In this document: piece by piece, positions 50,301 to 61,574 of the stretch
Numbering within the stretch: the first letter of the stretch is position 1
Layout: each line of letters opens with the position of its first letter
NCBI GenBank assembly: GCA_002269645.1
Contig: NIVC01000269.1
Span: 372,001 to 436,000, forward strand
DNA length: 64,000 nucleotides
Origin: Macrostomum lignano
Lineage: Eukaryota
Direction: 5' to 3'
The notes under the pieces: generated by a model
Database searches by the model: none
Told to the model about the DNA's origin: nothing
The model's input: the letters and a program-made list of their open reading frames with translations, nothing else
Made by a program: the position numbers and the translations under genes

Positions 50301-50444
50301 CAAAATGACATTAACACGCATCCCATGCGCGTGTTATTGTCACCAAAAGTGCATAGCAATGCCATAGACTACATTTAAGCCCGCTTGCAGGAGTCAAACT
50401 TACTTTAATGCAAATTAGCGGGCAGTTAATGATGTATAGCATTT

Positions 50445-50957
50445 TGCAGTCAAGTTTGAACTGCGGGAATTCAAATTAGACAAGAAGGGAAGAGCCAAAT
50501 TTCAGAATCCGTCCCCAAGTCAAGCAGAACTTTATGTCTGTGGCACAAACTGAAACACACTGACGGGCACTCAATTTAGACAACGGGCATTCAAATTAGA
50601 CAAGCAGCGGAAAGTCTATGTGTGCCAGAGAGAAAGACCATGGACAATCCGATTCGTCGCTATGCAAGAATTTCCAGAGAGAAGCGTGACCTCATTATTG
50701 GGGCATGCCAACGTGGTGACTCTGTGGCTGAAATTGCCAACATGTTGGATGTCAAGAGATCATCAGTGTACAACAGACGCAACACGATCTTGAATTGCCC
50801 AGCCAATGCGCCTGAGAACTTGTCTAATTTGAATGCCCCTTGTCTAAATTGAGTGCCCACCAGTGTGATTTTGTCTAGGCCATAGATAGCATTTGTGCCA
50901 GCAGTGAGATCTGGTCAAGCGTCTAATTTGAATGCCCGCAGTTCAAACTTGACTGCA
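50445..50957 (+). mobile_element. Deleted Tc1/IS630-mariner-like element retaining the N-terminal HTH
   Basis: TIRs of about 38 bp (TGCAGTCAAGTTTGAACTGCGGG.ATTCAAATTAGAC, one mismatch) and subterminal CAAATTAGACAA repeats. ORF 50622-50852 (ISREKRDLIIGACQRGDSVAEIANMLDVKRSSVYN) resembles a Tc1 transposase HTH. No DDE domain. Confidence 0.7.
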
Positions 50958-51648
50958 TGAAAAATAAACGAAACATCACACCTCCACCACACAACAGAAG
51001 CCAGGAAACCAGGATAAACAGCGAATGAGAAGAGCCAGCAAACTTACGAAGCAGAAATCTGTTCCAAAAACCGAAGTCAAAGTCTGTTTAGTTCAGAGTT
51101 AAGCAGTCACTTTGTTACTCATGGACTCCAGATCCGACTCAGTCCATCAGCCACGGCATTCTCGAGAGCACATCTCGCAGTCGGAGGCAGACGGGCAGAA
51201 CGGTTGAAAGCCAGTCAAATTTCCCAGCAATAAACACCTGTGCCCATGCATATAAACACAAAGCAATGGACCATTGAGGAAAATGCAAAAAAGAAGCGAG
51301 TGCTGAGTGAGGAGAATTTAAGCAAACTGCATGCCACTTTTGATGAAATTCAATTCACAAGTCAAGTCCCAATTTCTTGTGCTGAAACTTCTAGAAAAAG
51401 AAACATAATGAGAGAAGCGTTGAGGGCCAACGTAAAATTAATTTAATTACTTAATACAATGTCTAATGTGCATCTATTCAATGCATATTAATTCAGAATG
51501 TACTGGAAATGATAAACAATCATCAGACAAAGAAGGTCATCACTTGTTAAAAATTCCATAATAAAAAAGCGACCGATACCCGGCCTTCAACAAACCAATC
51601 ACTCCAAAAACACAGTTTGATTAATTATTATTCGGCCTGTGAATAAAA

Positions 51649-52724
51649 CTAGGGTGCACTGAACACCTGCAGTATGTTGTTGTAACAGTCAGCCACCACC
51701 AGCTGCTCGCGCGGACCTCCGGTCACCACTGCCAGACCCCATGGATTGTTAAATCTGACGACGTATCCTCTGCTCCACCCGCCCAGAGTCCACAGCAGCG
51801 ACCCGTCGTCTGCAGCCACCGCTCGCACCGACCGACCACTCACTCACGAACAGGCGGCCTCTGCTGTCGACGGCCACATCCTCTGGCCAAGCAAACTGTT
51901 GGAGGCCGGAACGCTGAGTCGGGAAGGAGGCGACCAGCTGCTGGGTGTCGATGCGCACTCTGTGCACCTGCTTGTGATGAAAGTCTGTCACCAGAATGCA
52001 GTTGTCGTGAGTCGCCAGGTTACCTAGTCGAGCATCGGGAAGCTGAGACAGCGTGATGACCGTCTCCATCTGCCAAGTCGCTTTGCTGAATGCAGCAATT
52101 TTGTTTCCACTGGACACAAACACGGAGGCTGCGTTGCCGCTGATTCCACTGATGCCACCGAAGCCCTCGATGTGTGTGCGGACTCGATGCACCGCGCAAC
52201 CGCTCAGGTCCGTCACTGTCACTGCGTCATCCTGAGCAATGAACAGCAGCTGACGGTCGCAGTGAAGGCCACGGATGATAATCTCCCAGTCGATGTCGCA
52301 GTGGCACTGCAGCTTCTGTGAGCCGTCCACAGACAACACCAGTAGGTAGTCCTTTCTATTAAAAATCGATAATGATGCTGTAACGATAATGTCTTGGTCG
52401 CAGCAGCGCTGCACATCTAGCTGCAGCTTCTGTGCCTTGTGAGTCTTGTGAGTCTTGTGAGTCTTGTGACTCTTGTGACTCTTGTGACTCTTGTGACTCT
52501 TGTGACTCTTGTGAGTCTTGTGAGTAGGCACGCAGCAGCTCTTCGACCTCCTCCTTGAGCTTGAATAGATTGGCCACATCGACACTGAGGTGTTGACTGC
52601 ACATGTGGCAGCGGGAGAACGGAGCCACACCGACTGCAGCTTGGTCGCAGATGATGCAGAGAGGAGTTGGGGAAGCGGGAGGCGCGTCCGAACTCGAGCT
52701 GTCGCTGGAGTCTCTGAGGCTCAT
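51649..52724 (-). pseudogene. NHL-repeat gene paralog 2; coiled-coil region deleted and frameshifted
   Basis: ATG at 52724 (MSLRDSSDSSSSDAPPASPTPLCIICDQ) matches the intact copy. After AALLRPR the sequence jumps about 0.6 kb, out of frame, to the LLVLSVDGSQKL region. A second frameshift lies near 51840. Confidence 0.75.
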
Positions 52725-52749
52725 CTTGTGGGCGATCTGAATAACTGAG

Positions 52750-53110
52750 AGGGTGGGAAACTCAGGTCAGGTGGGAGACTCAGGTCAGGTGGGAGACTCA
52801 GGTCAGGTGGGAGACTCAGGTCAGGTGGGAGACTCAGGTCAGGTGGGAGACTCAGGTCAGGTGGGAGACTCAGGTCAGGTGGGAGACTCAGGTCAGGTGG
52901 GAGACTCAGGTCAGGTGGGAGACTCAGGTCAGGTGGGAGACTCAGGTCAGGTGGGAGACTCAGGTCAGGTGGGAGACTCAGGTCAGGTGGGAGACTCAGG
53001 TCAGGTGGGAGACTCAGGTCAGGTGGGAGACTCAGGTCAGGTGGGAGACTCAGGTCAGGTGGGAGACTCAGGTCAGGTGGGAGACTCAGGTCAGGTGGGG
53101 CAGTCAGGTC
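52750..53110. repeat. 18-bp perfect minisatellite (CAGGTGGGAGACTCAGGT), ~19 copies
   Basis: Direct reading; lies just upstream of the paralog 2 coding exon. Confidence 0.97.
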
Positions 53111-53729
53111 AGTTGGGAACAAGCAATCAGTAATGTCCTGCAGTCACATCACTCGCAGAGAAATGAAGAGATTCGGATTAAAACGAACAGAACTCAGATA
53201 TTATTAACCAGCTCACCTTCTAAAAAAATTGCGCAAAAGTCAGGGTGAAGCGTTGGGCTGTTCCAGTCTCTAGATTGGGGTTTTAGCCCAGCCACAGCTG
53301 CTAGTATAACTCAAGTCTGAGCCCAGCAGCGGCGCTATCAGCAGTTGCCATGGTTACCAAACTGCGGGACAGTCAGACAGCCAGCAAAGCCGCACTGCAC
53401 ACAGATAAAGGTGATTCGACCGCACAGACTCAAAGCTCTGAGTGCAGCTACTTATCTTAAATTTGAGCTCAATTTCGCAGTTGTGGCTCTGTGCAACCTG
53501 ATCACACTCTGTGAGCTGAGTTGGATCGAACTCCGGACCTTCTAATCACTTCACTGCTCAACCTACCCAACCTGGGTCTCTGGTATTTCTCCCATCCCTG
53601 ACCCCAACTGAGCACAGGTGTGCTTCTCCAAGTAGGGAAACTTTTACTCCCACAGGGGGGAGACAGGTGGCGATGCCATCACCCACCGCGGTCCCTGGCA
53701 CTTCCCATCAGCAGCGGCAGCCGGAGGAC

Positions 53730-54687
53730 GGGTCTATGAAATTTGCTTGCCGAACTTTGCTTGCAGGAATTTTGCTTGCCGCAGTCTGCTTGCCGAGCTT
53801 TGCTTGCCGAACTTTGCCTGCCGAACTTTGCTTGCCGAACTTTGCTTGCCGAACTTTGCTTGCAGGAATTTTGCTTGCCGCAGTCTGCTTGCCGAGCTTT
53901 GCTTGCCGAACTTTGCCTGCCGAACTTTGCTTGCCGAACTTTGCTTGCCGAACTTTGCTTGCCGAACTTTGCCTGCCGAACTTTGCTTGCCGAACTTTGC
54001 TTGCCGAACTTTGCTTGCAGGAATTTTGCTAGCGAGGTTTGCCAGCCAAAGTTTTGCGGAACCTTAAAGAACCTATTTTTGAGCTCTTGTATTTTTAATT
54101 TTCATTTTCTAAGATTCGTGGAAGTCGCCTATAGTGTTATGATTTTGTATGAGGATATGGCGGATTATTAATTACATTTTATATACTAAAATATTATTAG
54201 TATATGCATTATTATACATTAGCATCACTGCAATTATCATAACTGCTCAATCGTGCTGAAATCAGGAACTACAAAGATTTATACCGTTACCGATCCTATC
54301 TACCTATACTAAATCTCTAAGCATTCTATATACTAAATTCTTAGAATGAAACTCTATAAGCCTAGTTTGAAAGCTTTTATAGTGTCAAGTCAGTTTACGT
54401 CGACCCTGATAAGAATCCACTTGCAAAGCATCTGTAGTAAGTAATAATTGACTGACCAACTTTACAAGCAATCAAAACAAGCAAGCAAACTAGAAAATAA
54501 TTCTGCAAGTTAAAACCTTGCGATTGTGCGATTGCAAATTTCTAGAAAGCAGACATCAAAATTTCGTAAGCAAAGCTCGGCAAGCAAAATTCCTGCAAGC
54601 AAAGCTCGGCAAGCAAAGTTCGGCAAGCAAAATTCCTGCAAGCAAAGTTCGGCAAGCAAACTTCCCGCAAGCAAACGTCGTACTCCC
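53730..54687. mobile_element. Foldback-like element with arms built from a 14-bp repeat (GCCGAACTTTGCTT)
   Basis: Repeat arm 53730-54060 is inverted relative to arm 54555-54687, and the arms flank an AT-rich core. Confidence 0.7.
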
Positions 54688-55579
54688 CTGAGTGCCTGCA
54701 CAAAATCTGTGTCCACGTGGACGGGACACTGAACGACACCCGGGTAGAAGTCGCAGTTGCTCATAGTGACGACTTCCTCTGAGTCAGCTCGGCATTGAAG
54801 TCTGCGGTTTGCCGATGGTTTCAGAGCGAGACTTGAGCAGTTGTTGGCCAACCGCACTCAGATCTTCTATGATGAGGCGTGACTGTCTGAGGGCCAACCT
54901 TACCGCTGGTTCCAGTTATGATGGTGCCACACACTCGCGAATGATGGTATCACATAACCTGCTCCACGGTTTTGGCCTTATCAACACCCAATGGTGGCAA
55001 TGGTATGGTCATATACTAGCTCGTAGTTCATTAATCAGCTGCCGAAACACTATCAAAAATGCTCTCCCACTTTAAATGCGAAACTCCAGAGCCATTGCCT
55101 TACTGCAGTATCGTGCGATCTTGCAAGCCACGATTCTGCCAAAGTCCGCCCCCTTCCTGCAGGGCCTTGCCGACTTTTTGCACTATAAAAAGCAAGAATC
55201 TCATTACGCCAGTGCTTATTACACAGCAATTTCACGACTTCACCAACACAAGTAGACAATTACCACAGCGGACCAGACCGCCAAACTTTGTTTGGGGCGG
55301 ACTGGACCGGCTTCAGAAGGGACCTCCGAGTCTCTGATCAACAGCGAACCGACTGCACAACCACCGAGCATTGAGGCCCGGTGCAACAAACTTTTTTAAG
55401 TACGAGGCTACTTAATACCCCCATCCAAAAAGTCAACACACCGCCAACTGCTAGCAGAAAAATAGCTACTCACCTTGGTGGAACAAAGGAACTCATTTGA
55501 AGAAAAACTCTCTTTGCTTGCAGCGGATTGCAAGCCAGAAAACATCTCAGGGGACTGAAAGACATAAATCGGCTGCTAG

Positions 55580-55920
55580 AAGGCCAAAAAGAGACAACTG
55601 AAAGGCCGAAAATAGACACCTGGAAGGCCAAAAAGAGACATCAGGAAGGCCAAAAAGAGACATCAGGAAGGCCAAAAAGAGACATCAGGAAGGCCAAAAA
55701 GAGACACCTGGAAGGCCAAAAAAGAGACACCAGGAAGGCCAAAAAGCGACATCAGGAAGGCCAAAAAGAGAGACACCTGGAAGGCCAAAAAAGAGACACC
55801 AGGAAGGCCAAAGAAAGAGACATCAGGAAGGCCAAAAAGTGACATTTGGAAGGCCAAAAAGAGACACCAGGAAGGCCAAAAAAGAGACATCAGGAAGGCC
55901 AAAAAGAGACAGCAGGAAGG
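55580..55920. repeat. ~22-bp minisatellite (CAGGAAGGCCAAAAAGAGACAT)
   Basis: Tandem variant copies. Confidence 0.88.
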
Positions 55921-56059
55921 CACCAGCACATGACATGACAACCTGGTCCAGTGCAACTCGCTCCCACACAAGAATGATAACTATTCCAGAATCACTGAAG
56001 ACTCATTCAAGCTGATCTTCTCTTCATGCTTCCCAATTGGCCCCGAGAAAATCGCATGG

Positions 56060-56440
56060 ATAAATGTCGCTCACTGTGTTTTGCAGGAAGCAGTCAAGAT
56101 GCAGAGTTTCTCAGACCTCATCATTAACTGCTTCACCACAGGCTACATCCTCACTAATTGGAGGACTTACCAGGTCGGTCTTCATCCAAAGCCCGCCTAA
56201 GGCTACTAACTATTACTAGGGTGACATCCTTCCGCTCCATCAGCCCAACATTCTTCTGCATTAAGTTGATGGAGCGAGTCATCTTGTGTAGGCTCAGCAC
56301 CAATTCGCCTTTCAACCATGTAAAACAGCCAAGCAAGCACTGCGTGTTGTAACCTCAGCCATTGAGAAGGCTATTGTCAGCAAGCAGATAGCCTGTGGGC
56401 CTTCTGTGATATCAAAGGGGCCTTTGACAATTTGTAAACA
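56060..56440 (+). mobile_element. Degenerate non-LTR retrotransposon RT fragment (R1/LOA/I-group-like)
   Basis: Across frameshifts: NCFTTGYILTNWRT...PKP, TSFRSISPTFFCIKLMERVIL, VTSAIEKAIVSKQIA, AFCDIKGAFDN. Confidence 0.75.
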
Positions 56441-57189
56441 GTGGCTCCTTCACAGACTCCCTTTACATAAAAGGTCATAAGAACAAAAACTAGCAATGTA
56501 CGATGGATCGAATACATGATTCGCCATTGGCACCCATGCGGTGATGATCGAAGGGCGAAGCTCGAGGCGGGGTGCTCACCACAACTGCTCTCGAACCTCG
56601 TGATGGACAACTCCTGACAGCTGACGTCCCTGTAGCAGCGTCATCAGAGCCTGCAACGCAGAAGACATCAAAAAGCCATGGACCTGACAGCACATCAGCT
56701 CCCAAGACGGTACGGTGGATCTGTGCGGGCATCATCCGCCCCAGAATCTCTTGCGCGTCCTTCATCTGGTCCAGCTCGCTAGAGCTGAAGATTCATTCTC
56801 TCGACATCTCCCCAACATTTCGTCACTTCACCGACATCTCGCCGACGCATCCTTGACGTTTCCCCCATCAATTCCTTCTCTCGTTTCCTCTGCCACAGCT
56901 CCAGGCCAGGGTCGCAGCGGTGCCCAGTCTGTCAGCGAGACAGTCGGTGCAGTGACAGCTCGGCACCAGCTCTGCACTTTTGCGCTGCCCCCGGGTGGCA
57001 ACGGTTGAGTTGATGAGGGAATTCACCAAGTCTAGCCGTCTGTGAGAGCCTGGAATGCTCTGCATCAGGGGGGGTTTTGTAGGCTCAGTTAATTCAACAA
57101 CCATCCAAATATACTAAATCTTGCGATACTAAATGCATTAGTGGCTCATGCAGTCTTCAGTTGCTGGAGTCACAACCCAAATCATCATC

Positions 57190-57327
57190 CCATATCTCTA
57201 TCCCAGATCCCCATCCCAGATCCTCATCCCAGATCCCTATCCCAGATCCCCATCCCAGATCCTCATCCCAGATCCCCATCCCAGATCCTCATCCCAGATC
57301 CCCATCCCAGATCCCCATCCCAGATCA
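57190..57327. repeat. 13-bp minisatellite (CCCAGATCCCCAT)
   Basis: Direct reading of the sequence. Confidence 0.9.
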
Positions 57328-58492
57328 CCATGCTCAGATCGCCTACTCCAGTTAAAGTCATTTTGCAGGCAGCCAGCTTCCAATCTGCATCAAAGCCCTG
57401 TAATATTTGCACTTTTTGTCCGTCATCTCTGCGTAGATTTGCCTTGACTTTTTCACACGCAGCTTAGAAGTGCATCCGGAGTTCCTGACAGCACTTTGAT
57501 GTAGCTACATGAAAATTGAGTTTGTATTAGACACTCAGTTGTGACATCAGTTTCTACTTTCCAAAGAACTCATATTTTAACAATTTCCCAGCTAAAAACA
57601 CCAGTTCCCATGCATATAAAACACAAAGCAGCGATCCACTGAGGAAAATGCAACACAGAAGCGAGCGCTGAGTCTGCAGCGAGTGAAATATTTCAATATC
57701 TTGGCGTCAGGGACTCTCACTGCAGTGGCTGTCTGCCATTTCTTTTCCGAGTGTCAGAGCCAAAATAACTGAGGCGGCAACTCAACTGACTTTTCCTGAT
57801 GATGCAGTCACACGGGTGACTCACAGTCCGATGTATTTGATGTCAATTTAGTGTCAATTACAGTGATGCTGGCTTACAACAGAGAGTGCATGGGCAGCCA
57901 CTCCAAATCAGGAGTTCCGAATATTTGGTGCTCGCTCTGAGGTTCTGCTGAGGAGAGGGAGTCCTTTGCTAGGATCAGCTGGGCTAATCTGCTCACTCCA
58001 AGTAGTTCGGCTGAGACTGTCTGCTCAGGTCGGAGAAAGTTTAGTGAAGGTGCGAGGGAGAGAGGGCGGAGCTTCTTGATTGTTTAACATGGGGTTTAAC
58101 AGCATTTTCAGTCATTTACAGATTTCGATTGTACATTGCTGCTTGCTATTGTCTGAGGCTGGGGTCTCTGCATCAGCTTCTGCTTGTTTGAGCAGTTTCA
58201 TTGGTTGGCAGTGCACTCACAGCTGAATAGCATTTTAAGGTCCGATTATAGTTTAGGAGAAAAATATAATTATGAATTCAGGAGAGCCGGTTAAAAGAGA
58301 AATGACATCATATTTGACATCGGCTCTGACAGAAAAGGTTAAGCGTAGAGGCTGCATATAATACGAGCTATCAAGGAAACATTGATGCAATATCTAGAAA
58401 AAGATAAATAATGAGAGTTGTGTTAAGGCCCAAAAAAGATTAATTTAATTCCTTATTACATTCATAAAGTTTAATGTGCTTAATTAATAGAA

Positions 58493-60193
58493 TTAGGAAG
58501 CACTGAACACCTGCAGTCTCCTGTTGCCACAGTCAGCCACCACCAGCTGCTCGCGCGGACCTCCCGTCACCACCGCCAGACCCGATGGACGCCTGAATCG
58601 GCTGTCTCGGCTGTCTCCGCTGCCGCTCTTGCCCGGAGTCCCCAGAGTCCACAGCAGCGACCCGTTGTCTGCAGCCACCGCTCGCACTGAGTGGCCATCA
58701 TTTTCACTCACGAACAGGCCGCCTCTGCTGTCGACGGCCACATCAATTGGACCAGCAAACTGTTGGAGACCGGAACGCTGAGTCGGGAAGGAGGCGACCA
58801 GCTGCTGTGTGTCGATGCGCACTTTGTGCACCTGATTGGGCTGACAGTCTATCACAAGAATGCAGTTGTCGTGAGTCGCTAAGTTACGCAGATCAGCACG
58901 AGGCAGCTGAGACAGCGTGATGACCGTCTCCATCTGCCAAGTCGCTTTGCTGAATGCAGCAATTTTGTTTCCACTGGACACAAACACGGAGGCTGCGTTG
59001 CCGCCAATTCCACTGATGTCCCCGAAGCCCTCGATGTGTGGGCGGACTCGATGCACCTTGCGACCGCTCAGGTCCGTCACTGTCACTGCGTCAGACTGAG
59101 CAATGAACAGCAGCTGACGGTCGCAGTGAAGGCCACAGATGTACTTCTTCCAGTTGATGTTGCAGTGGCACCGCAGCTTTTGTGAGCCGTCCACAGACAG
59201 CACCAGTAGGTGGGCCTTGTTAAAAAGGAATGATGCCACAATGCAGGGCTGAGGCAGAGCCTCGCTACCGTCTTCCGCTGAGTCGGCGGGAACCACCAGG
59301 CCCGAGCAGTCACCAACGAATCCGCTAGTGTCGCTGCACACAGCCAGCCATGTAACAAGGCCATACAGCTCCACCTCGTAACTGAAGACCATCGGATCGA
59401 ACAGCAGTCTGTGAGCCGCGTCTATCTCCTCGGATGTCGCGGTCACTGCAGCGTCTCTCGACCAGTCGCCCTCTTCACTGCGTCCCGCACAAATGCCGAC
59501 CAGCCGCTCGAGCTGGCCAAGAAGCCGCACCTGCAGCTCCTCATTGTCGCTCTGGTCTCTGAGCAGGCGCTCTGACCTCTCAAAGTCGGCCTCCAAGTCT
59601 CCAAGCGATTCGTGCATGGACTGGACCAGGCGAAGCAGCTCCGCCATGTCGCCTGCAGCCTCTGCCGTGGCCACCTCCTGCTTGTAGCTGGAGACGTCCT
59701 CGAGGTCCCGCTCGCACACACGCACTGCCTCAAGCACACCTGAGAGCTGGCCCGTCACCCTGCTACGAAACGAGTCGATGTGTTGCTGTACCAAATCGAA
59801 TTTGTGATTGACCTCTTGCAGCTGCTGTTGGATGTCGAGAGCGAGACGACGCAGCGACTCAGCGTCTTGTCTTGGTCGCATCAGCGCTGCACGGCCAGCT
59901 GAACCTGGTGCTCCTTGTGAGTCTTGTGACTCTTGTGAGTCTTGTGACTCTTGTGACTCTTGTGACTCTTGTGACTCTTGTGACTCTTGTGAGTAGGCAC
60001 GCAGCAGCTCATCGACCTCCTCCTTGAGCTTGAATAGATTGGCCACATCGACAATGAGGTGCTGACTGCACATGTGGCAGCGGGAGAACGGAGCCACACC
60101 GACTGCAGCTTGGTCGCATATAATGCAGAGAGGAATTGGGGAAGCGGGAAGCGCGTCCGAAGTCGAGCTGTCGCTGGAGTCTCCAAGGCTCAT
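58493..60193 (-). CDS. Intact single-coding-exon protein: Cys/His cluster, SQ[E/D] repeats, coiled coil, C-terminal NHL-type beta-propeller (TRIM-NHL-like, no clear RING)
   Basis: Open frame of 566 aa from the ATG at 60193, which aligns with the ATG of paralog 2. CIICDQ...SRCHMCSQHL; NHL motifs FAGPIDVAVDSRGGLFVSE and FRRPSGLAVV...QLVVADCGNRRLQVF. Confidence 0.82.
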   Translation of the reverse strand: MSLGDSSDSSTSDALPASPIPLCIICDQAAVGVAPFSRCHMCSQHLIVDVANLFKLKEEVDELLRAYSQESQESQESQESQESQDSQESQDSQGAPGSAGRAALMRPRQDAESLRRLALDIQQQLQEVNHKFDLVQQHIDSFRSRVTGQLSGVLEAVRVCERDLEDVSSYKQEVATAEAAGDMAELLRLVQSMHESLGDLEADFERSERLLRDQSDNEELQVRLLGQLERLVGICAGRSEEGDWSRDAAVTATSEEIDAAHRLLFDPMVFSYEVELYGLVTWLAVCSDTSGFVGDCSGLVVPADSAEDGSEALPQPCIVASFLFNKAHLLVLSVDGSQKLRCHCNINWKKYICGLHCDRQLLFIAQSDAVTVTDLSGRKVHRVRPHIEGFGDISGIGGNAASVFVSSGNKIAAFSKATWQMETVITLSQLPRADLRNLATHDNCILVIDCQPNQVHKVRIDTQQLVASFPTQRSGLQQFAGPIDVAVDSRGGLFVSENDGHSVRAVAADNGSLLWTLGTPGKSGSGDSRDSRFRRPSGLAVVTGGPREQLVVADCGNRRLQVFSAS

Positions 60194-60689
60194 TGCTGCA
60201 CGGCAGGTCTTTAATTTTATTTTGCTTAAAAGCGAAAACTGAATTTTCGCACTGGACTGCCTTTTAAGTATGCGAGTGGCAGCTGCGCATTGGTGGGGAC
60301 GCACAGTTTACATTGGCACAGGGTAGGTGACTGTTCGCAGCCCAGAGTCCGCATCTGCGTGCGTGTTTGGATCTGTGCGAAGCAGAGCGAATTTGTTTAT
60401 TTCTTTGCTGTGTATGTGGACTGGAAGATTGGCCCAGCGATTTACTCATGGATGCTTTTTCATTGACATATTCATGGTCTTTCTAGATACCGTTTAGTAT
60501 TGAGTAACAATGCTTTTGCGGCTCATTGTTTAATTGTCTGCAAGGAGCTGAAATGCAGATGAAGTTTAAAAAAATTGCATTAAGAGGTGCCATGTACTCG
60601 TAAGTTGAAAATCATTCAAAAGAATTGAGGAGAGGAAGAAGAAAGATAGAGGAGCAGATAAAGAGGGAGTAGAGAGGGAGTGCTGGGAG

Positions 60690-61065
60690 ATGTACTCACA
60701 AGAGATGTGCTCAGGAGAGATGTGCTCAGGAGAGATGTGCTCAGGAGAGATGTGCTCAGGAGAGATGTGCTCAGGAGAGATGTGCTCAGGAGAGATGTGC
60801 TCAGGAGAGGTGTGCTCAGGAGAGATGTGCTCAGGAGAGATGTGCTCAGGAGAGGTGTGCTCAGGAGAGATGTGCTCAGGAGAGGTGTGCTCAGGAGAGA
60901 TGTGCTCAGGAGAGGTGTGCTCAGGAGAGATGTGCTCAGGAGAGATGTGCTCAGGAGAGGTGTGCTCAGGAGAGATGTGCTCAGGAGAGATGTGCTCAGG
61001 AGAGATGTGCTCAGGAGAGATGTGCTCAGGAGAGATGTGCTCAATAGAGATGTGCTCAGGAGAGA
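60690..61065. repeat. 15-bp minisatellite (GAGATGTGCTCAGGA), ~25 copies
   Basis: Direct reading; lies in the putative first intron of the intact NHL gene. Confidence 0.96.
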
Positions 61066-61215
61066 GAAGGCTGTCAGTGGGCAGTCATTTTGTATTTACA
61101 ACGTCCATATTCGAATGCAAGAAAGTGTAAAGTTTAAATGTGCGATGTCACAGATCTGTCGGCGCTGGTTGAGTCCGCGTGCGCCGCGGCGACTGCGGCG
61201 GCGCCTGTCATCGTG

Positions 61216-61470
61216 GCGTCTTTGAGCACTTTCAACTGCTCTTCTCGAATAAATAGGGCCATAGACAAATTCGGTGGAGAAAATTCCTCAAAAGAGAACT
61301 GAATTTGCACTGCGATGCGAAAAGCACAGTTCCTTACCTGCCTGCAGCAGGTTGTTTCTAAGAAAGATCCAGCTTCCTACAAATAAATGAAAAACCAAAG
61401 AAAAATTGTCTTCGTCACCGCTCTGGCGATTCGATCAACCAGCTGCTGTCATGTCTGATTGGCAATCATG
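61216..61470 (-). promoter_or_regulatory. Putative promoter and non-coding first exon of the intact NHL gene
   Basis: Minus-strand donor CAG|GTAAGG at 61338/61337; block homologous to 48160-48358; CCAAT on the minus strand at 61458-61462. Confidence 0.45.
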
Positions 61471-61574
61471 CTGCAGTCGCTACGCAGCATGAAGTCAGTT
61501 AAAGTCCCTAAGCTGGTGATGCAGCAGCGGTTAGTCACTTATTTTCAATGTTAAAGAGTCCCCAATTCCCAGGG

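Noticed and set aside
52753-54171. GDSGQV, PPDLSL and LLAELCL repeat ORFs
   Set aside because: Translations of an 18-bp minisatellite and of foldback-element arms.
60194-60304. GTG-initiated N-terminal extension of the NHL ORF
   Set aside because: Paralog 2 homology begins at the ATG equivalent to 60193, and the upstream sequence looks like an intron 3' end.
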